Virus record (IMG/VR): IMGVR_UViG_3300011335_000800
Coordinates: 1-32,070 of that record
Length of the DNA stretch: 32,070 bases
DNA from: a virus
Lineage: Duplodnaviria; Caudoviricetes
Strand: one strand, 5' to 3'
The position numbers and the translations under genes are program-made. This document shows, in pieces, positions 1-9,736 of this stretch (position 1 is its first letter; each line of letters opens with the position of its first letter). The notes under the pieces are model-generated. The model searched no databases and was not told the origin of the DNA. It worked only from the letters and a program-made list of their open reading frames with translations.

Positions 1-1
1 T

Positions 2-172
2 GACTACACGATCCTCATTGACCGCATCGGGCCGATCACCATTGGTGAGACGACTTATCCTGAATATTATAGCAACCTGCGTATCCTTGGTCTGCTGAAT
101 GAGGAACAGGTCAAGCAGATCGACCAGTTTGCGATTGATCCTAGTCAACCTCAATATCGGACCTGGTTGTGA
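2..172 (+). CDS. 3' end of a small protein, probably the gene following the head-spike fibre (partial, 5' end missing)
   Basis: Open frame from the window edge, DYTILIDRIGPITIGETTYPEYYSNLRILG...PSQPQYRTWL, TGA at 170-172, followed by ATG at 176. Resembles small proteins found downstream of phage spike/fibre genes. Confidence 0.6.
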   Translation, partial: DYTILIDRIGPITIGETTYPEYYSNLRILGLLNEEQVKQIDQFAIDPSQPQYRTWL

Positions 173-175
173 CTT

Positions 176-367
176 ATGGCATTTACAAGCGAACTGACCC
201 TAGCTGATCGTCGTCGTCTGCGCTCTATTGTGCGCAAGGTGCATCTCGGTCATTATCCCCAGCACATGCTGACCAATCATGAATGCGACAAGCTAATTGA
301 TGCCTGGGGCCCAGAGGTGGCAGGTAATATAGTGCGCAAAGCATTTGACCGAGGCATGGTTGCTTGA
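176..367 (+). CDS. Hypothetical protein upstream of TerL
   Basis: 63-aa ORF whose stop overlaps the TerL start (TTGA). Confidence 0.7.
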   Translation: MAFTSELTLADRRRLRSIVRKVHLGHYPQHMLTNHECDKLIDAWGPEVAGNIVRKAFDRGMVA

Positions 368-1872
368 GCCTTAAATACAAGCCAGGCGGGGAAACCCTTC
401 GCCAATTTATGCTCGATGACCATTTCTTCCGTGGCCTACGTGGCCCCGTAGGTTCTGGTAAATCCGCCTGCTGTGCAATTGAGATCTTTCGTCGCGCGCT
501 TGCTCAAAAGCCCGGGCCGGATGGTAAGCGGAAAAGCCGTTGGGCTGTAGTGCGTAACACCAATCCCCAGTTGCGTACGACCACCATGAAAACATGGGAG
601 GACTGGTTCCCTCAGAATGTCTGGGGCAAGATCACCATGCACCCTCCGCCATACACGCACCACATCAAGAAGGGCGACCTTGACCTGGAGGTTATCTTCC
701 TAGCGCTTGACCGGCCCGAAGACGTAAAGAAGCTGCTCTCGCTAGAGCTTACCGGCGTCTGGATTAACGAGGCGCGCGAGATCCCGAAGCAGATTGTCGA
801 TGCTTGTACGATGCGTGTTGGCCGCTTCCCCTCAATGAAGGATGGTGGCCCGTCCTGGTATGGCGTGATTGCAGATACGAACGCGCCGGACGAAGATCAT
901 TGGTGGCCGATCATGGCAGGCGAAGCGCCCATCCCCGATCACATTGGTCGTGAGGAAGCGCTCATGCTCATCAAGCCAGAGACCTGGAAGTTCTTCACCC
1001 AGCCTGGCGGCATGGTTGCCGACTTGGATAGTGAAGGCAATGTTGCCAGTTACAAGCTAAACTCTAAGGCAGAGAACCTAAAGAACCTTACACCCAACTA
1101 TTACCCTGATATTATAACGGGTAAGACAAAAAGTTGGATCGATGTTTACGTATTGAATAAATTGGGCAGCCTGAATGATGGCAAGCCTATCTATCAGATG
1201 TTTGATGAAACAGTTCATGTTGCGCGCGAACCGATGCTTGCAACACCGGGCGTTCCCATTCTTGTCGGCCTTGACTTTGGTTTAACTCCTGCTGCTGCTT
1301 TTGTTCAGCATGTTCGTGGACGCTGGCTTGTGCTGCATGAACTGGTCGCGCAAGATATGGGCATCATTCGCTTTGCCGAAGTATTGCGCACCGAGATGGC
1401 ACAGAAGTTTCCTGGTGCACAATTTGTTATCTACGGTGACCCAGCTGGTGACTATCGCGCGCAGACCGACGAGCGCACGCCATTCCAGATCCTTCGCCAA
1501 GCAGGGCTGAAAGCATATACCGCACCGACCAATGATCCTGCTCTACGTATTGAGGCCGTAGCAACACCGCTCAATCGCCTGGTCGATGGCCAACCTGGCT
1601 TCCTGATCGATCAACGCTGTACGCATTTGATTAAAGGCTTTCGTGGTGGCTACCAGTACAGGCGTTTGCAGGTATCGGGCGGCGCGCGCTATGAGGACAA
1701 GCCTGACAAGAACATGTTCTCGCACGTCCATGACGCGCTGCAATATGCACTGTGTGGTGGCGGCGAAGCCCGTGCGCTAACCGTGGGTCGTAGTGACACG
1801 CGCCCCGTCAATGCCAGAGCCATGTTCGATATCTTCCGCCGACAGCCTCGTATGAGGGAACGAAACCTTTAG
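364..1872 (+). CDS. terL: Terminase large subunit
   Basis: Walker A GPVGSGKS, Walker B GVWINE, RNase-H-like nuclease motifs VGLDFGLTPAA and SHVHDALQY. TTG start. Confidence 0.95.
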   Translation: MSLKYKPGGETLRQFMLDDHFFRGLRGPVGSGKSACCAIEIFRRALAQKPGPDGKRKSRWAVVRNTNPQLRTTTMKTWEDWFPQNVWGKITMHPPPYTHHIKKGDLDLEVIFLALDRPEDVKKLLSLELTGVWINEAREIPKQIVDACTMRVGRFPSMKDGGPSWYGVIADTNAPDEDHWWPIMAGEAPIPDHIGREEALMLIKPETWKFFTQPGGMVADLDSEGNVASYKLNSKAENLKNLTPNYYPDIITGKTKSWIDVYVLNKLGSLNDGKPIYQMFDETVHVAREPMLATPGVPILVGLDFGLTPAAAFVQHVRGRWLVLHELVAQDMGIIRFAEVLRTEMAQKFPGAQFVIYGDPAGDYRAQTDERTPFQILRQAGLKAYTAPTNDPALRIEAVATPLNRLVDGQPGFLIDQRCTHLIKGFRGGYQYRRLQVSGGARYEDKPDKNMFSHVHDALQYALCGGGEARALTVGRSDTRPVNARAMFDIFRRQPRMRERNL

Positions 1873-1879
1873 TCCATTG
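1870..1879 (+). promoter_or_regulatory. TAGTCCATTG late-promoter motif, copy upstream of the portal operon
   Basis: One of five GTCCATTG copies, all on the + strand ahead of virion or packaging gene blocks. Confidence 0.6.
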
Positions 1880-1931
1880 CTACTGCATGCTTGCAGGAAG
1901 CATGGAGCCCAAGGTAAGGAGCTTACCGCTT

Positions 1932-2168
1932 ATGTGCTTCAAACAACCTAAACTGCCGAAACCAACGGCTGAAGATTTGGCTGCAGAGGCCGAAGCTAAA
2001 GCCATGCGTGAAGCCGCTGCTGCGGAGGCAAAGCGTAAATTGACCGAAGAAAAACAGCGCCGCACCGAAGAAGGTGTTGCCCGCACCACTGGTGGCTATG
2101 GCATCCGTTCGCTTATTTCTGGCCGCAAAGGCGGTGAAGGATTTCTTCGCTCGATGCTCGGCGGCTAA
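1932..2168 (+). CDS. Small virion/ejection protein preceding the portal (T7 gp6.7/gp7.3-like position)
   Basis: AAGGAG RBS at 1916-1921. MCFKQPKLPKP N-terminus, Ala/Glu/Arg helix and Gly-rich C-terminus, typical of pre-portal proteins. Confidence 0.7.
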   Translation: MCFKQPKLPKPTAEDLAAEAEAKAMREAAAAEAKRKLTEEKQRRTEEGVARTTGGYGIRSLISGRKGGEGFLRSMLGG

Positions 2169-2171
2169 TCT

Positions 2172-3743
2172 ATGCCCATTATCAACTCAGCACCTATCGT
2201 ACTCAATCCGAATGAGGACCAGGCCGGTCGGCTTATGGCGCGTTACGAGCGTGCCAAGCGTCTCCGCGATCCCTGGCTTTCCGAGTATGAGGAGTGCTAC
2301 GAATATTCACTGCCTTCGCGCGAGAGCTTTTATGCGCAGGCACCTGGTCAAAGCCGTACCGATAAGATCTTTGACGAGACTGCTGTGGTCGGCGTGCAGG
2401 AATTTGCATCGCGCCTACAAGCTGGCCTTATCCCCAACTATGCGCGCTGGGCCGAACTGGTTGCCGGCTCTGAGGTTCCTGAAGATCAACGTGCTGAGGT
2501 AAACAAGGCGCTCGAAGATGTAACTGCCTACGTATTTGAGATCATCCAGAACTCAAACTTTGCGCAGGAAGCCAACGAAACCCTTTTGGACATTGCCTTG
2601 GGCACCGCTTGCATGCGTGTCGATGAGGGCGATGCGCTCAATCCAGTTGTATTTACGGCAGTACCACTGCCCCAATTGGCGCTCGATGTGGGCCCCGATG
2701 ATAAGCTGGACACTATCTTCCGCGAACGCTCGATCCGTGTGAGCAATATTAAGGTCGCCTATCCCCGGGCAAAACTATCAGAAGATCTTGAGCGTGAATT
2801 GCGCAGCGGCACTGACCGCTTCGTAACGATTGTCGAATGTGCTTACCGCGACTGGTCCCGTCCGATTGAGGAAGTTGTGCAGTTTGCTGTGCTGCTGCCC
2901 GAGACAAAGGCAGTCCTCTATAGCGAAACCTATCAGGGCACCGGCTCTAATCCCTATATTGCTTTCCGCTGGTCGAAGGCAGCTGGTGAAGTTTGGGGTC
3001 GCGGTCCTTTGCTGTCGGCAATGCCTGCGATTAAGACGACCAACCTTGTTGTGCAGATGATCCTTGAGAATGCACAGATGGCTATTAGCGGGATCTATAC
3101 TGCTGAAGATGACGGGGTGATTAATCCCTCCACAATCCGCCTTATTCCTGGCACGATTATTCCTGTTGCCCCTGGCAGTTCTGGCTTGCGCGCAGTGAAC
3201 GCCGCTGGCAGCTTTGACGTGGCGCAGCTGGTCCTCTCAGACATGCGCCTCAACATCAAAAAAGCGCTCTACAACGAGATGCTCGGCAATCCGAATACTA
3301 CGCCAATGTCGGCTACCGAAGTTGCGCAGCGTATGGCCGACCTATCTCGCCAGATTGGTTCAGCCTTTGGCCGCTTGCAGGCAGAGTTTGTAACCCCGAT
3401 CCTTCGGCGCGTTATCTACATCCTGAAGAAGCAGGGCCGCATTGAGATCCCGACGGTCAATGGCCGCGAAGTCAAGGTCCGCTCGACCAGCCCATTGGCC
3501 CAGGCCCAGGCATTTGAAGATATCAATAGCGTCAATCGCTTTCTCGAACTGGTGCAGACCCGCTTTGGTCCGCAGATGGTCAACCTCTACGTCAAGGGCG
3601 ACGAGGCGACGAAATATCTTGCAGAGAAGTTTGGTGTACCCGAAAGCTTGATCCGTAATGAAATGGAGCGCGGCGAACTGGCCGGGCAGATAGCGCAGAT
3701 AGGGCAGAATGGCATTGACCCAAACCAAGCTCTTGGGGCCTGA
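2172..3743 (+). CDS. Portal (head-to-tail connector) protein, T7 gp8/Bbp21-like
   Basis: 523 aa. Motifs FRWSKAAGEVWGRGP and MSATEVAQR...GSAFGRLQAEF. Position after TerL. Confidence 0.92.
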   Translation: MPIINSAPIVLNPNEDQAGRLMARYERAKRLRDPWLSEYEECYEYSLPSRESFYAQAPGQSRTDKIFDETAVVGVQEFASRLQAGLIPNYARWAELVAGSEVPEDQRAEVNKALEDVTAYVFEIIQNSNFAQEANETLLDIALGTACMRVDEGDALNPVVFTAVPLPQLALDVGPDDKLDTIFRERSIRVSNIKVAYPRAKLSEDLERELRSGTDRFVTIVECAYRDWSRPIEEVVQFAVLLPETKAVLYSETYQGTGSNPYIAFRWSKAAGEVWGRGPLLSAMPAIKTTNLVVQMILENAQMAISGIYTAEDDGVINPSTIRLIPGTIIPVAPGSSGLRAVNAAGSFDVAQLVLSDMRLNIKKALYNEMLGNPNTTPMSATEVAQRMADLSRQIGSAFGRLQAEFVTPILRRVIYILKKQGRIEIPTVNGREVKVRSTSPLAQAQAFEDINSVNRFLELVQTRFGPQMVNLYVKGDEATKYLAEKFGVPESLIRNEMERGELAGQIAQIGQNGIDPNQALGA

Positions 3744-3966
3744 CGGTGTAACCCGTCGCCCAGAAGATGAGCAGATATTAAACGAACTGGCAGCAGCTAC
3801 GTTTAGCAGCAATGGAGCGCAGGAGTTTCTGCGTTACTTGCGTTCAATCACAATCGAAGCCGTTGGTGGTCCGCAGATCACCGACGCAGAACTGAGGCAC
3901 CGCGAGGGTATGCGCTACCTTGTCGGCATTATTGAGCAGCGCATTGATAGAGGAAAGCAGCAATGA
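3709..3966 (+). CDS. Bbp19-like protein between portal and scaffold
   Basis: FSSNGAQEFLRYLR...LRHREGMRYLVGII pattern and synteny. Confidence 0.7.
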   Translation: MALTQTKLLGPDGVTRRPEDEQILNELAAATFSSNGAQEFLRYLRSITIEAVGGPQITDAELRHREGMRYLVGIIEQRIDRGKQQ

Positions 3967-4703
3967 ACGAAGGACTGGAAACCAACAACGAGACTGGCGA
4001 AGTTAATTCGCAGATCACCGATAGCGTCACACAGACTGAGCGGCCTGAATGGTTGCCCGAGAAATTCTGGATTGATGGCGCACCCGCTTATGACAAGTTG
4101 GCGCAGTCCTATGCCGAACTTGAAAAGATGCGCGGCAACATGAAGGACAGCCTGACGCAAGAGATTGAACAGGCACGATTGGCAGCGCGCCCTGAAAGCG
4201 CAGACGCTTATGCTTTGCCGCAAGACGAGCGCCTTGATGGCGAATTGATGGCCTCCTCTCCCGTTGTGCAGTGGTGGCGGCAATTTGCCCATGAGCAGGG
4301 TTATAACCAGGAGCAGTTTGAGACTGCGATCAAGACCTATGCTGAGGTGCAGCTTGCCCAGGTGGAAGAAGGCTATCAGCAGGAACTGAAGAAGCTAGGT
4401 GAGAACGCCAATGTGCGCATCGAGGCCGTGCAACTGTGGGCCAACAACTTCTTTGACCAGGGCGAACTTGATGCCATCTCCGCAGCCTGCACTACCGCCG
4501 AAGGTGTCGCGGCTATGGAAAAGATCATTGCTGCGATGAAAAGCACCGGCAATGCTGACCCTGCCATGTTCGAGAAGAAGCCGGAAATCACCAGGGCTGA
4601 CGTTGAGAAGATGATGCAGGATCGCCGCTACTGGCATCCCTCTGATCGTGACCCTGCTTTCGTTCGTCAGGTCGAGGAGTTCTTTGCCAAGAGCTATCGC
4701 TAA
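3963..4703 (+). CDS. Capsid assembly scaffolding protein
   Basis: Acidic and helical, with RPEWLPEKFW...LAQSYAELEK motif and C-terminal RYW...DPAFVRQV. Lies upstream of the capsid gene. Confidence 0.85.
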   Translation: MNEGLETNNETGEVNSQITDSVTQTERPEWLPEKFWIDGAPAYDKLAQSYAELEKMRGNMKDSLTQEIEQARLAARPESADAYALPQDERLDGELMASSPVVQWWRQFAHEQGYNQEQFETAIKTYAEVQLAQVEEGYQQELKKLGENANVRIEAVQLWANNFFDQGELDAISAACTTAEGVAAMEKIIAAMKSTGNADPAMFEKKPEITRADVEKMMQDRRYWHPSDRDPAFVRQVEEFFAKSYR

Positions 4704-5182
4704 TGCTTGCCCGTATATTGGAGCAGCAGGATGTTCCGGCGATTGTTGCTCTCGCAAGGGTGATGCACGCCGAAGCGCCTTTCTATCGGGATCTGATCTA
4801 TGATGAACAAAAAGTCGAAGCCCTCTGCGGCCTCTGTCTTGATGATGATGCCTGGTTCTGCCTTGTCGCGCAGGAGGAAAGCGGTTCCATCATCGGCTTT
4901 CTTGCAGCGGTGGCGACCCCCACCCTCTTTGGCTCGGAACTTATTGTCGAGGATCTAGCTTTCTACGTGCTGCCAGATTGGAGAGGCACGACTGCTGCGG
5001 TGCGCATGCTCCGTATGCTGGAAAGCTGGGCAACGGCAATCGGAGCCAAGCGGATTAGAATGGGGATAACAACTGGGACGAACCCAGAGCAGACCGCCCG
5101 TTTTCTAAATAGATTTGACTATGTTGAGACAGGTTGGCTTTACACCAAGACCGTTTGTCCATTGCCGGAAGCGCAGCAGTAA
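4703..5182 (+). CDS. GNAT-family acetyltransferase
   Basis: 159 aa with acetyl-CoA motif A-like FYVLPDWRGTTAAVRML and a beta-strand GFLAAV. Coupled to the scaffold gene by TAATG. Confidence 0.8.
   Translation: MLARILEQQDVPAIVALARVMHAEAPFYRDLIYDEQKVEALCGLCLDDDAWFCLVAQEESGSIIGFLAAVATPTLFGSELIVEDLAFYVLPDWRGTTAAVRMLRMLESWATAIGAKRIRMGITTGTNPEQTARFLNRFDYVETGWLYTKTVCPLPEAQQ
5157..5164 (+). promoter_or_regulatory. GTCCATTG late-promoter motif upstream of the major capsid gene
   Basis: Motif copy about 140 nt before the capsid ATG. Confidence 0.55.
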
Positions 5183-5198
5183 AACACAGACCGGCATA

Positions 5199-5264
5199 GG
5201 CCCGCTCAGGTCCATGCAAATCGAGCCCATTTGGATAACTCGAAAGCACCGTTCGCGGACAACC
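5199..5264 (+). ncRNA. Putative structured cis-regulatory leader of the capsid mRNA
   Basis: TGC-AAA-TCGAG-C-CC-ATTT-GG-ATAA-CTCGA-AA-GCA hairpin nested in a second GG(C/T)CC...GG-ACAA-CC pairing. Confidence 0.45.
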
Positions 5265-5299
5265 GATTAACCTCAATCTGTTTTTGCAAGGAATGAACA

Positions 5300-6124
5300 A
5301 TGGCTATTGATATTAACGATGCCTTTGTGAAGCAGTTCGAAAGCGAAGTGCACATGGCTTATCAGCGCATGGGCTCGAAACTGCGTAACACTGTGCGTAG
5401 CAAGTCGAACGTCAAAGGTAGCTCGACCACCTTCCAGAAGGTTGGCAAGGGTACTGCTGGCACCAAGTCGCGTCACGGCAACGTGCCGGTCATGTCGATC
5501 GATCACTCGAACGTTGAATGCACCCTCGGTGACTTCTACGCTGCTGACTATATCGACAAGCTGGACGAACTGAAGATCAACCATGACGAGCGTATGGTTG
5601 TAACCCAGTCGGCTGCTGCCGCTATGGGCCGCAAGTCGGACGAACTGCTTGTGACCGCTCTGGACACGACCAGCAACATCGCCACTGAAGGCGGTACCAC
5701 TGGTATTAACCAGACCAAGGTTAACACCGTGTTCGAATATTTTGGTAACAACGATGTTCCCGACGACGGTGAGCGTTACTTCATTGTCAGCCCTGGTGGT
5801 TGGACCGACCTGCTCGGCATTTCGGCATTCTCGGATGCTGACTTTGTTGGCCAGGACGACCTGCCGTACAAGGGTGGCATGGTTGCTCGTCGCTGGATGG
5901 GCTTCATGTGGATGACCTTCTCGGGCCTGCCGGTTGCCACCAACATCCGCCGCAACTTTGCATACCACCGCTCGGCTATTGGCCTTGCTTCGGGTGCAGA
6001 AGTTTCGACCGAACTGAACTACATCCCGGAAAAGGCAGCGCACCTCGCTACCTCGATGATGTCACAGGGCGCTGTCCTGATCGACAACACCGGCGTGTAC
6101 GAAGTTCAGGCTTACGACGCATAA
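5300..6124 (+). CDS. Major capsid protein (HK97 fold, podovirus type)
   Basis: 274 aa. AFVKQFESEVHMAYQRMGSKLR, DKLDELK, AMGRKSD and VPDDGERYFIV motifs. Strong codon bias, AAGGA RBS. Confidence 0.92.
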   Translation: MAIDINDAFVKQFESEVHMAYQRMGSKLRNTVRSKSNVKGSSTTFQKVGKGTAGTKSRHGNVPVMSIDHSNVECTLGDFYAADYIDKLDELKINHDERMVVTQSAAAAMGRKSDELLVTALDTTSNIATEGGTTGINQTKVNTVFEYFGNNDVPDDGERYFIVSPGGWTDLLGISAFSDADFVGQDDLPYKGGMVARRWMGFMWMTFSGLPVATNIRRNFAYHRSAIGLASGAEVSTELNYIPEKAAHLATSMMSQGAVLIDNTGVYEVQAYDA

Positions 6125-6136
6125 GGAGTAACGAAC

Positions 6137-6397
6137 ATGCCGTTTACCGCTTCCACTCTCTACAAGCTCGCTGGTGCTGAACCTGGCTTGTGGCTTTATC
6201 ATAACGCTGATGCCGTAGCGACTGTCGTTGCTTCGGGCTACTTCAGCACGGTGACTGACAATCTCAAGCAGAACGACGTCATCCTGTGCGTAGGCTCGAC
6301 TGGCGGCACCCGTACCATTGACGTGCTTACGGTGACTAGTGCCAGTGGCGCTGCAACCGTCACGACTACGGCGCTGGAAGGCGTTACCACGTCCTAA
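6137..6397 (+). CDS. Probable capsid decoration/cement protein
   Basis: AAGGAG RBS. 86 aa, DAVATVVASGYF...LKQNDVI, immediately after the capsid gene and before a terminator. Confidence 0.65.
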   Translation: MPFTASTLYKLAGAEPGLWLYHNADAVATVVASGYFSTVTDNLKQNDVILCVGSTGGTRTIDVLTVTSASGAATVTTTALEGVTTS

Positions 6398-6405
6398 CCC
6401 GGACG

Positions 6406-6471
6406 GAGGAGGTGCTCCAGTTCCGCCTCCTCTTGGGCCGGTGCCGTTATGCCTACGGTGCCGGCCCTTTT
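6406..6471 (+). terminator. Tandem hairpins / rho-independent terminator after the capsid genes
   Basis: GAGGAGGTG...CGCCTCCTC, then GGGCCGGTGCCGT-7nt-ACGGTGCCGGCCC-TTTT. Confidence 0.7.
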
Positions 6472-6485
6472 CATAGGAGAGTTTC

Positions 6486-7067
6486 ATGGCGACCAGTGAT
6501 ATCGACATTTGTGCACGCGCACTTGTAATGATCGGTGCTGCGCCGATTACCTCCTTTGCTGACGGAACCACCGAAGCTACCGTCGCTGCCAATCTCTACG
6601 AGGACACGGTACGCGATTTGATTTCGCGCTATCGCTGGCGTTTTGCTGCTGGCCAGGCTCAGCTTTCTCGCCGCACTGATGCGCCCGATGCCAAGTGGGA
6701 TGCGGCTTATCAGCTACCAGCCGATTTACTCTTGCTCCATGACGTGACCGTCAATGGCAATGTGATCGAATATGATCGCTACCAGGATATGATCTACTGC
6801 GATGCAGACGAGGCGGATCTTGTCTATGCTGACTATACCTTCCGTGCAGTGGAGGATCTTTGGCCGCCCTATTTTACCACGGCTGTCGAACTGACACTGG
6901 CCTCGATCTTTGCCTATGCTGTAGCAAACCAGATCCAGACTGCAGACTATATGGAAAAGAAGGCACTTCGCCAGCTTGCTCTTGGTCGCAACATTGATAG
7001 CCAGGCACAGACCAGCCAGCGCTTTGATCTCTCGCGCTTTGAGAAGGCGCGGAGAACGATCCGCTAA
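6486..7067 (+). CDS. Tail tubular protein A / adaptor (T7 gp11-like)
   Basis: DICARALVMIGAAPITSF, RWRFA and YQLPAD motifs. GGAG RBS. Confidence 0.88.
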   Translation: MATSDIDICARALVMIGAAPITSFADGTTEATVAANLYEDTVRDLISRYRWRFAAGQAQLSRRTDAPDAKWDAAYQLPADLLLLHDVTVNGNVIEYDRYQDMIYCDADEADLVYADYTFRAVEDLWPPYFTTAVELTLASIFAYAVANQIQTADYMEKKALRQLALGRNIDSQAQTSQRFDLSRFEKARRTIR

Positions 7068-9238
7068 TGGCAACTATCAAACAGATCCAGACGAACTTCT
7101 CCAGCGGTGAGATTGATCCCATGCTGCGTATGCGGGTCGATACTGGCGCTTATAGCAACGGTGCCTTCCGGCTGCGTAATGTCTCGATTTTGAACGCTGG
7201 TGGCGTGGCTCGTCGGGCTGGCACTGCCTATGAGGCTACGCTGGTTGGCAAGACGCGCCTGATCCCTTTCGATTTCTCTTATGACGAACGCTATGTGCTG
7301 GCGCTGTCGAACAACCGCCTTGATGTTTATGATCTAAATGGCGCGCTGGTCACCACGGTTACGACGAACGTCACCTGGACAACTGCGCAGCTGTTCGAAC
7401 TAACCTACACCCAAGTGGCAGACGTAATGATTATCTGCCATCCGACCTTTGCGCCGCGCGTATTGCGCCGAACCAGTGCAACGACCTTCACGGTCAGCGC
7501 TTTTGCTTTTGACCAGAGCATCGACACCAACAAAACCTACCAGCCCTACTATAAGTTTGCGGATGATACGGTTACGATCAGCGTTAACGGAACAACCGGA
7601 ACAGGCAGAACAATTACCGCTTCGGCTTCTGTATTCTCAAGCGCCTATGTTGGCGTGCGCCTGCGTTGGAAAACGGTTGAGATTGAGATTACCGGCTACA
7701 CCAATGCTACTACGCTGACTGGCACAATCAAGGGCACACTTGAGGGTAGCTACGATATTGACCCATTTCGCACGACCGCTGGCACAGACGATGTAGAAGT
7801 GACGCATATTAATCACGGCTTTGCCACTGGGCAGAGCATTACTGTTTCTGGTGCAAACGCTGTTGGTGGCCTTAATGCTACGCACCTGAACGCCACGCAT
7901 GTTGTAAGCGTTATTGACGACAATCGTTATTATATTTTTGTAGGCAGTAACGCCACTTCATCTGCGGATGGCGGTGGTCCTGCGGTTAAATATACCTCCT
8001 CAACTACCTCTACCCGCGATTGGTCGGAGCCGGTATTCTCGCCCGTAAATGGCTATCCAGGCGCGGTTGCTTTCCACGAAGGACGGCTTTGGTTTGCTGG
8101 AAGCCAAGCCGTACCAGATGGCCTATGGTCCTCTAAGATTAATCGCTATTTCAACTTTGATGTAGGCGAAGGTCTTGATGACGAGAGCATTCAGATAACG
8201 ATTGGTAGTGAGGATATCTCGAATGTCCGCCACTTAACCTCGCATCGTGAACTGCAGATTTTTACCTCAACGGGTGAATATTATGTGCCTGGCGAAGGTG
8301 GACGCGGGATTACACCAAGCAATATCCGTGTAGCGCGGCAGACGCCCTATGGTGCAGGCGTTGTGACGCCACTGCCCTTTGACGGGGCCACCCTGTTTGT
8401 GCAGGCATCTGGCAAGGCTGTGCGCGAATATACATTCAATGACACAACCAATGGCTATGCTTCGACTGACGTAACGCTACTCGCCAGTCACCTTATCAAT
8501 GACCCAGTTGATATGGCCGTACTTTACGGTACGCCTGAGCGCGGTGAGCAATATGCTTTTGTCGTCAACACCGATGGCACGGTGGCCGTATTCTATTCTG
8601 CCCGGGCTGAGAATGTTGCCGGTTGGACGCAGTGGAATATGGGCACTGCCGAGATCCAATCGATCTGCGTGATAGGCGAGGCGGTTTATGCAGCCGTCAA
8701 AAGGGGCGCAGCATATGTCTTGGAGAAGTTTGGCGATGGCGATAGTCTGACGCTCGATAGTTCGGTGAGCTTAACGTCTGGGAGCGCCACGACCTCTTGG
8801 TCCTTGGGTGCTTATTATGCCAGCAAGACCGTCGCGGTTGTGTCGAGCGGTATGTATCTTGGCACCTACACGGCCAATGGCTCTGGCGTAATTACAATTA
8901 GCGAAGCAGTTACATCGATCACCGCTGGCTTTAATTACATTATCGAGATCAAAACAATGCCGGTCAATTTGAACCTTAGCAATGGTTCGATGATTGGTAT
9001 GCCGAAGCGAATTAGCCGAGTACTACTTGGGCTCGATAGCACATTGGCCTGCACGATTAGCGGCAACCAGCTTATCTTGCGGCAGGTAACTGACGATCTA
9101 TCTATCGCGCCTGACCGATTTAGCGGGATCAAGGAGTTCTTTCTCCTTGGTTATGCAAGAGAAGCGCAGGTAACAATTACTCAGGACGAGCCGCTACCAA
9201 TGCGGATCTTGGGCATGAATATGGAAGTGGCTTTCTAA
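7067..9238 (+). CDS. Tail tubular protein B / nozzle (T7 gp12-like)
   Basis: QTNFSSGEIDP N-terminus, GYPGAVAFHEGRLWFAG, C-terminal QDEPLPMRIL. Confidence 0.9.
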   Translation: MATIKQIQTNFSSGEIDPMLRMRVDTGAYSNGAFRLRNVSILNAGGVARRAGTAYEATLVGKTRLIPFDFSYDERYVLALSNNRLDVYDLNGALVTTVTTNVTWTTAQLFELTYTQVADVMIICHPTFAPRVLRRTSATTFTVSAFAFDQSIDTNKTYQPYYKFADDTVTISVNGTTGTGRTITASASVFSSAYVGVRLRWKTVEIEITGYTNATTLTGTIKGTLEGSYDIDPFRTTAGTDDVEVTHINHGFATGQSITVSGANAVGGLNATHLNATHVVSVIDDNRYYIFVGSNATSSADGGGPAVKYTSSTTSTRDWSEPVFSPVNGYPGAVAFHEGRLWFAGSQAVPDGLWSSKINRYFNFDVGEGLDDESIQITIGSEDISNVRHLTSHRELQIFTSTGEYYVPGEGGRGITPSNIRVARQTPYGAGVVTPLPFDGATLFVQASGKAVREYTFNDTTNGYASTDVTLLASHLINDPVDMAVLYGTPERGEQYAFVVNTDGTVAVFYSARAENVAGWTQWNMGTAEIQSICVIGEAVYAAVKRGAAYVLEKFGDGDSLTLDSSVSLTSGSATTSWSLGAYYASKTVAVVSSGMYLGTYTANGSGVITISEAVTSITAGFNYIIEIKTMPVNLNLSNGSMIGMPKRISRVLLGLDSTLACTISGNQLILRQVTDDLSIAPDRFSGIKEFFLLGYAREAQVTITQDEPLPMRILGMNMEVAF

Positions 9239-9735
9239 TGTGCATTTCAGCAGCAGTCATAGCCGGTGCCGCCCTGGTTAGCAGTGCAGCAGGCACCGCG
9301 GTTTCCATTAGCTCTGCGCGAACCAACGCGAAGATGCAGAAATATACTATCGATCAGCAGAATAAGCAGCTGCGCGAAGATCGAGAGATTGCTGCACTAC
9401 AGGCGCAAGAGGCCGAGGCTGCACGTCTTGAGGAGTTTCGCCGTGTGCGCGCTGCCAACCTTGCTGCAATTGCTGCATCTGGTGTTGGGCAGAACATTAG
9501 CTTTCTGGAAGGCATTGCGCCTACGGAGGAGCGCGCGCTGCGTCTTGACCTGCGGAACATCCGCATGGGCGATCTTATGCAAAGGAACCGTATGGCCGAC
9601 CAGATTAAGGTCAATCAAATGTCACGGCAGGTGGCCGGCATTAATGCGCGCAACCAGACTTTTGGTGCAATTGCTGGCTTCATTGGCGATGCCGCTGGTG
9701 CCGCCAAGGGCTATTCGGACATGAAGGGAGGCTAA
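9238..9735 (+). CDS. Internal virion (ejection) protein, T7 gp14-like
   Basis: MC- start with hydrophobic Ala/Gly N-terminus, AASGV motif, follows the nozzle gene. Confidence 0.75.
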   Translation: MCISAAVIAGAALVSSAAGTAVSISSARTNAKMQKYTIDQQNKQLREDREIAALQAQEAEAARLEEFRRVRAANLAAIAASGVGQNISFLEGIAPTEERALRLDLRNIRMGDLMQRNRMADQIKVNQMSRQVAGINARNQTFGAIAGFIGDAAGAAKGYSDMKGG

Positions 9736-9736
9736 T

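Noticed and set aside
5273-6043. 256-aa ORF antisense to the capsid gene, and many other opposite-strand or alternate-frame ORFs in the track
   Set aside because: Shadow frames of codon-biased, GC-rich genes. They have no RBS or recognisable motifs and conflict with the clear two-arm gene layout.
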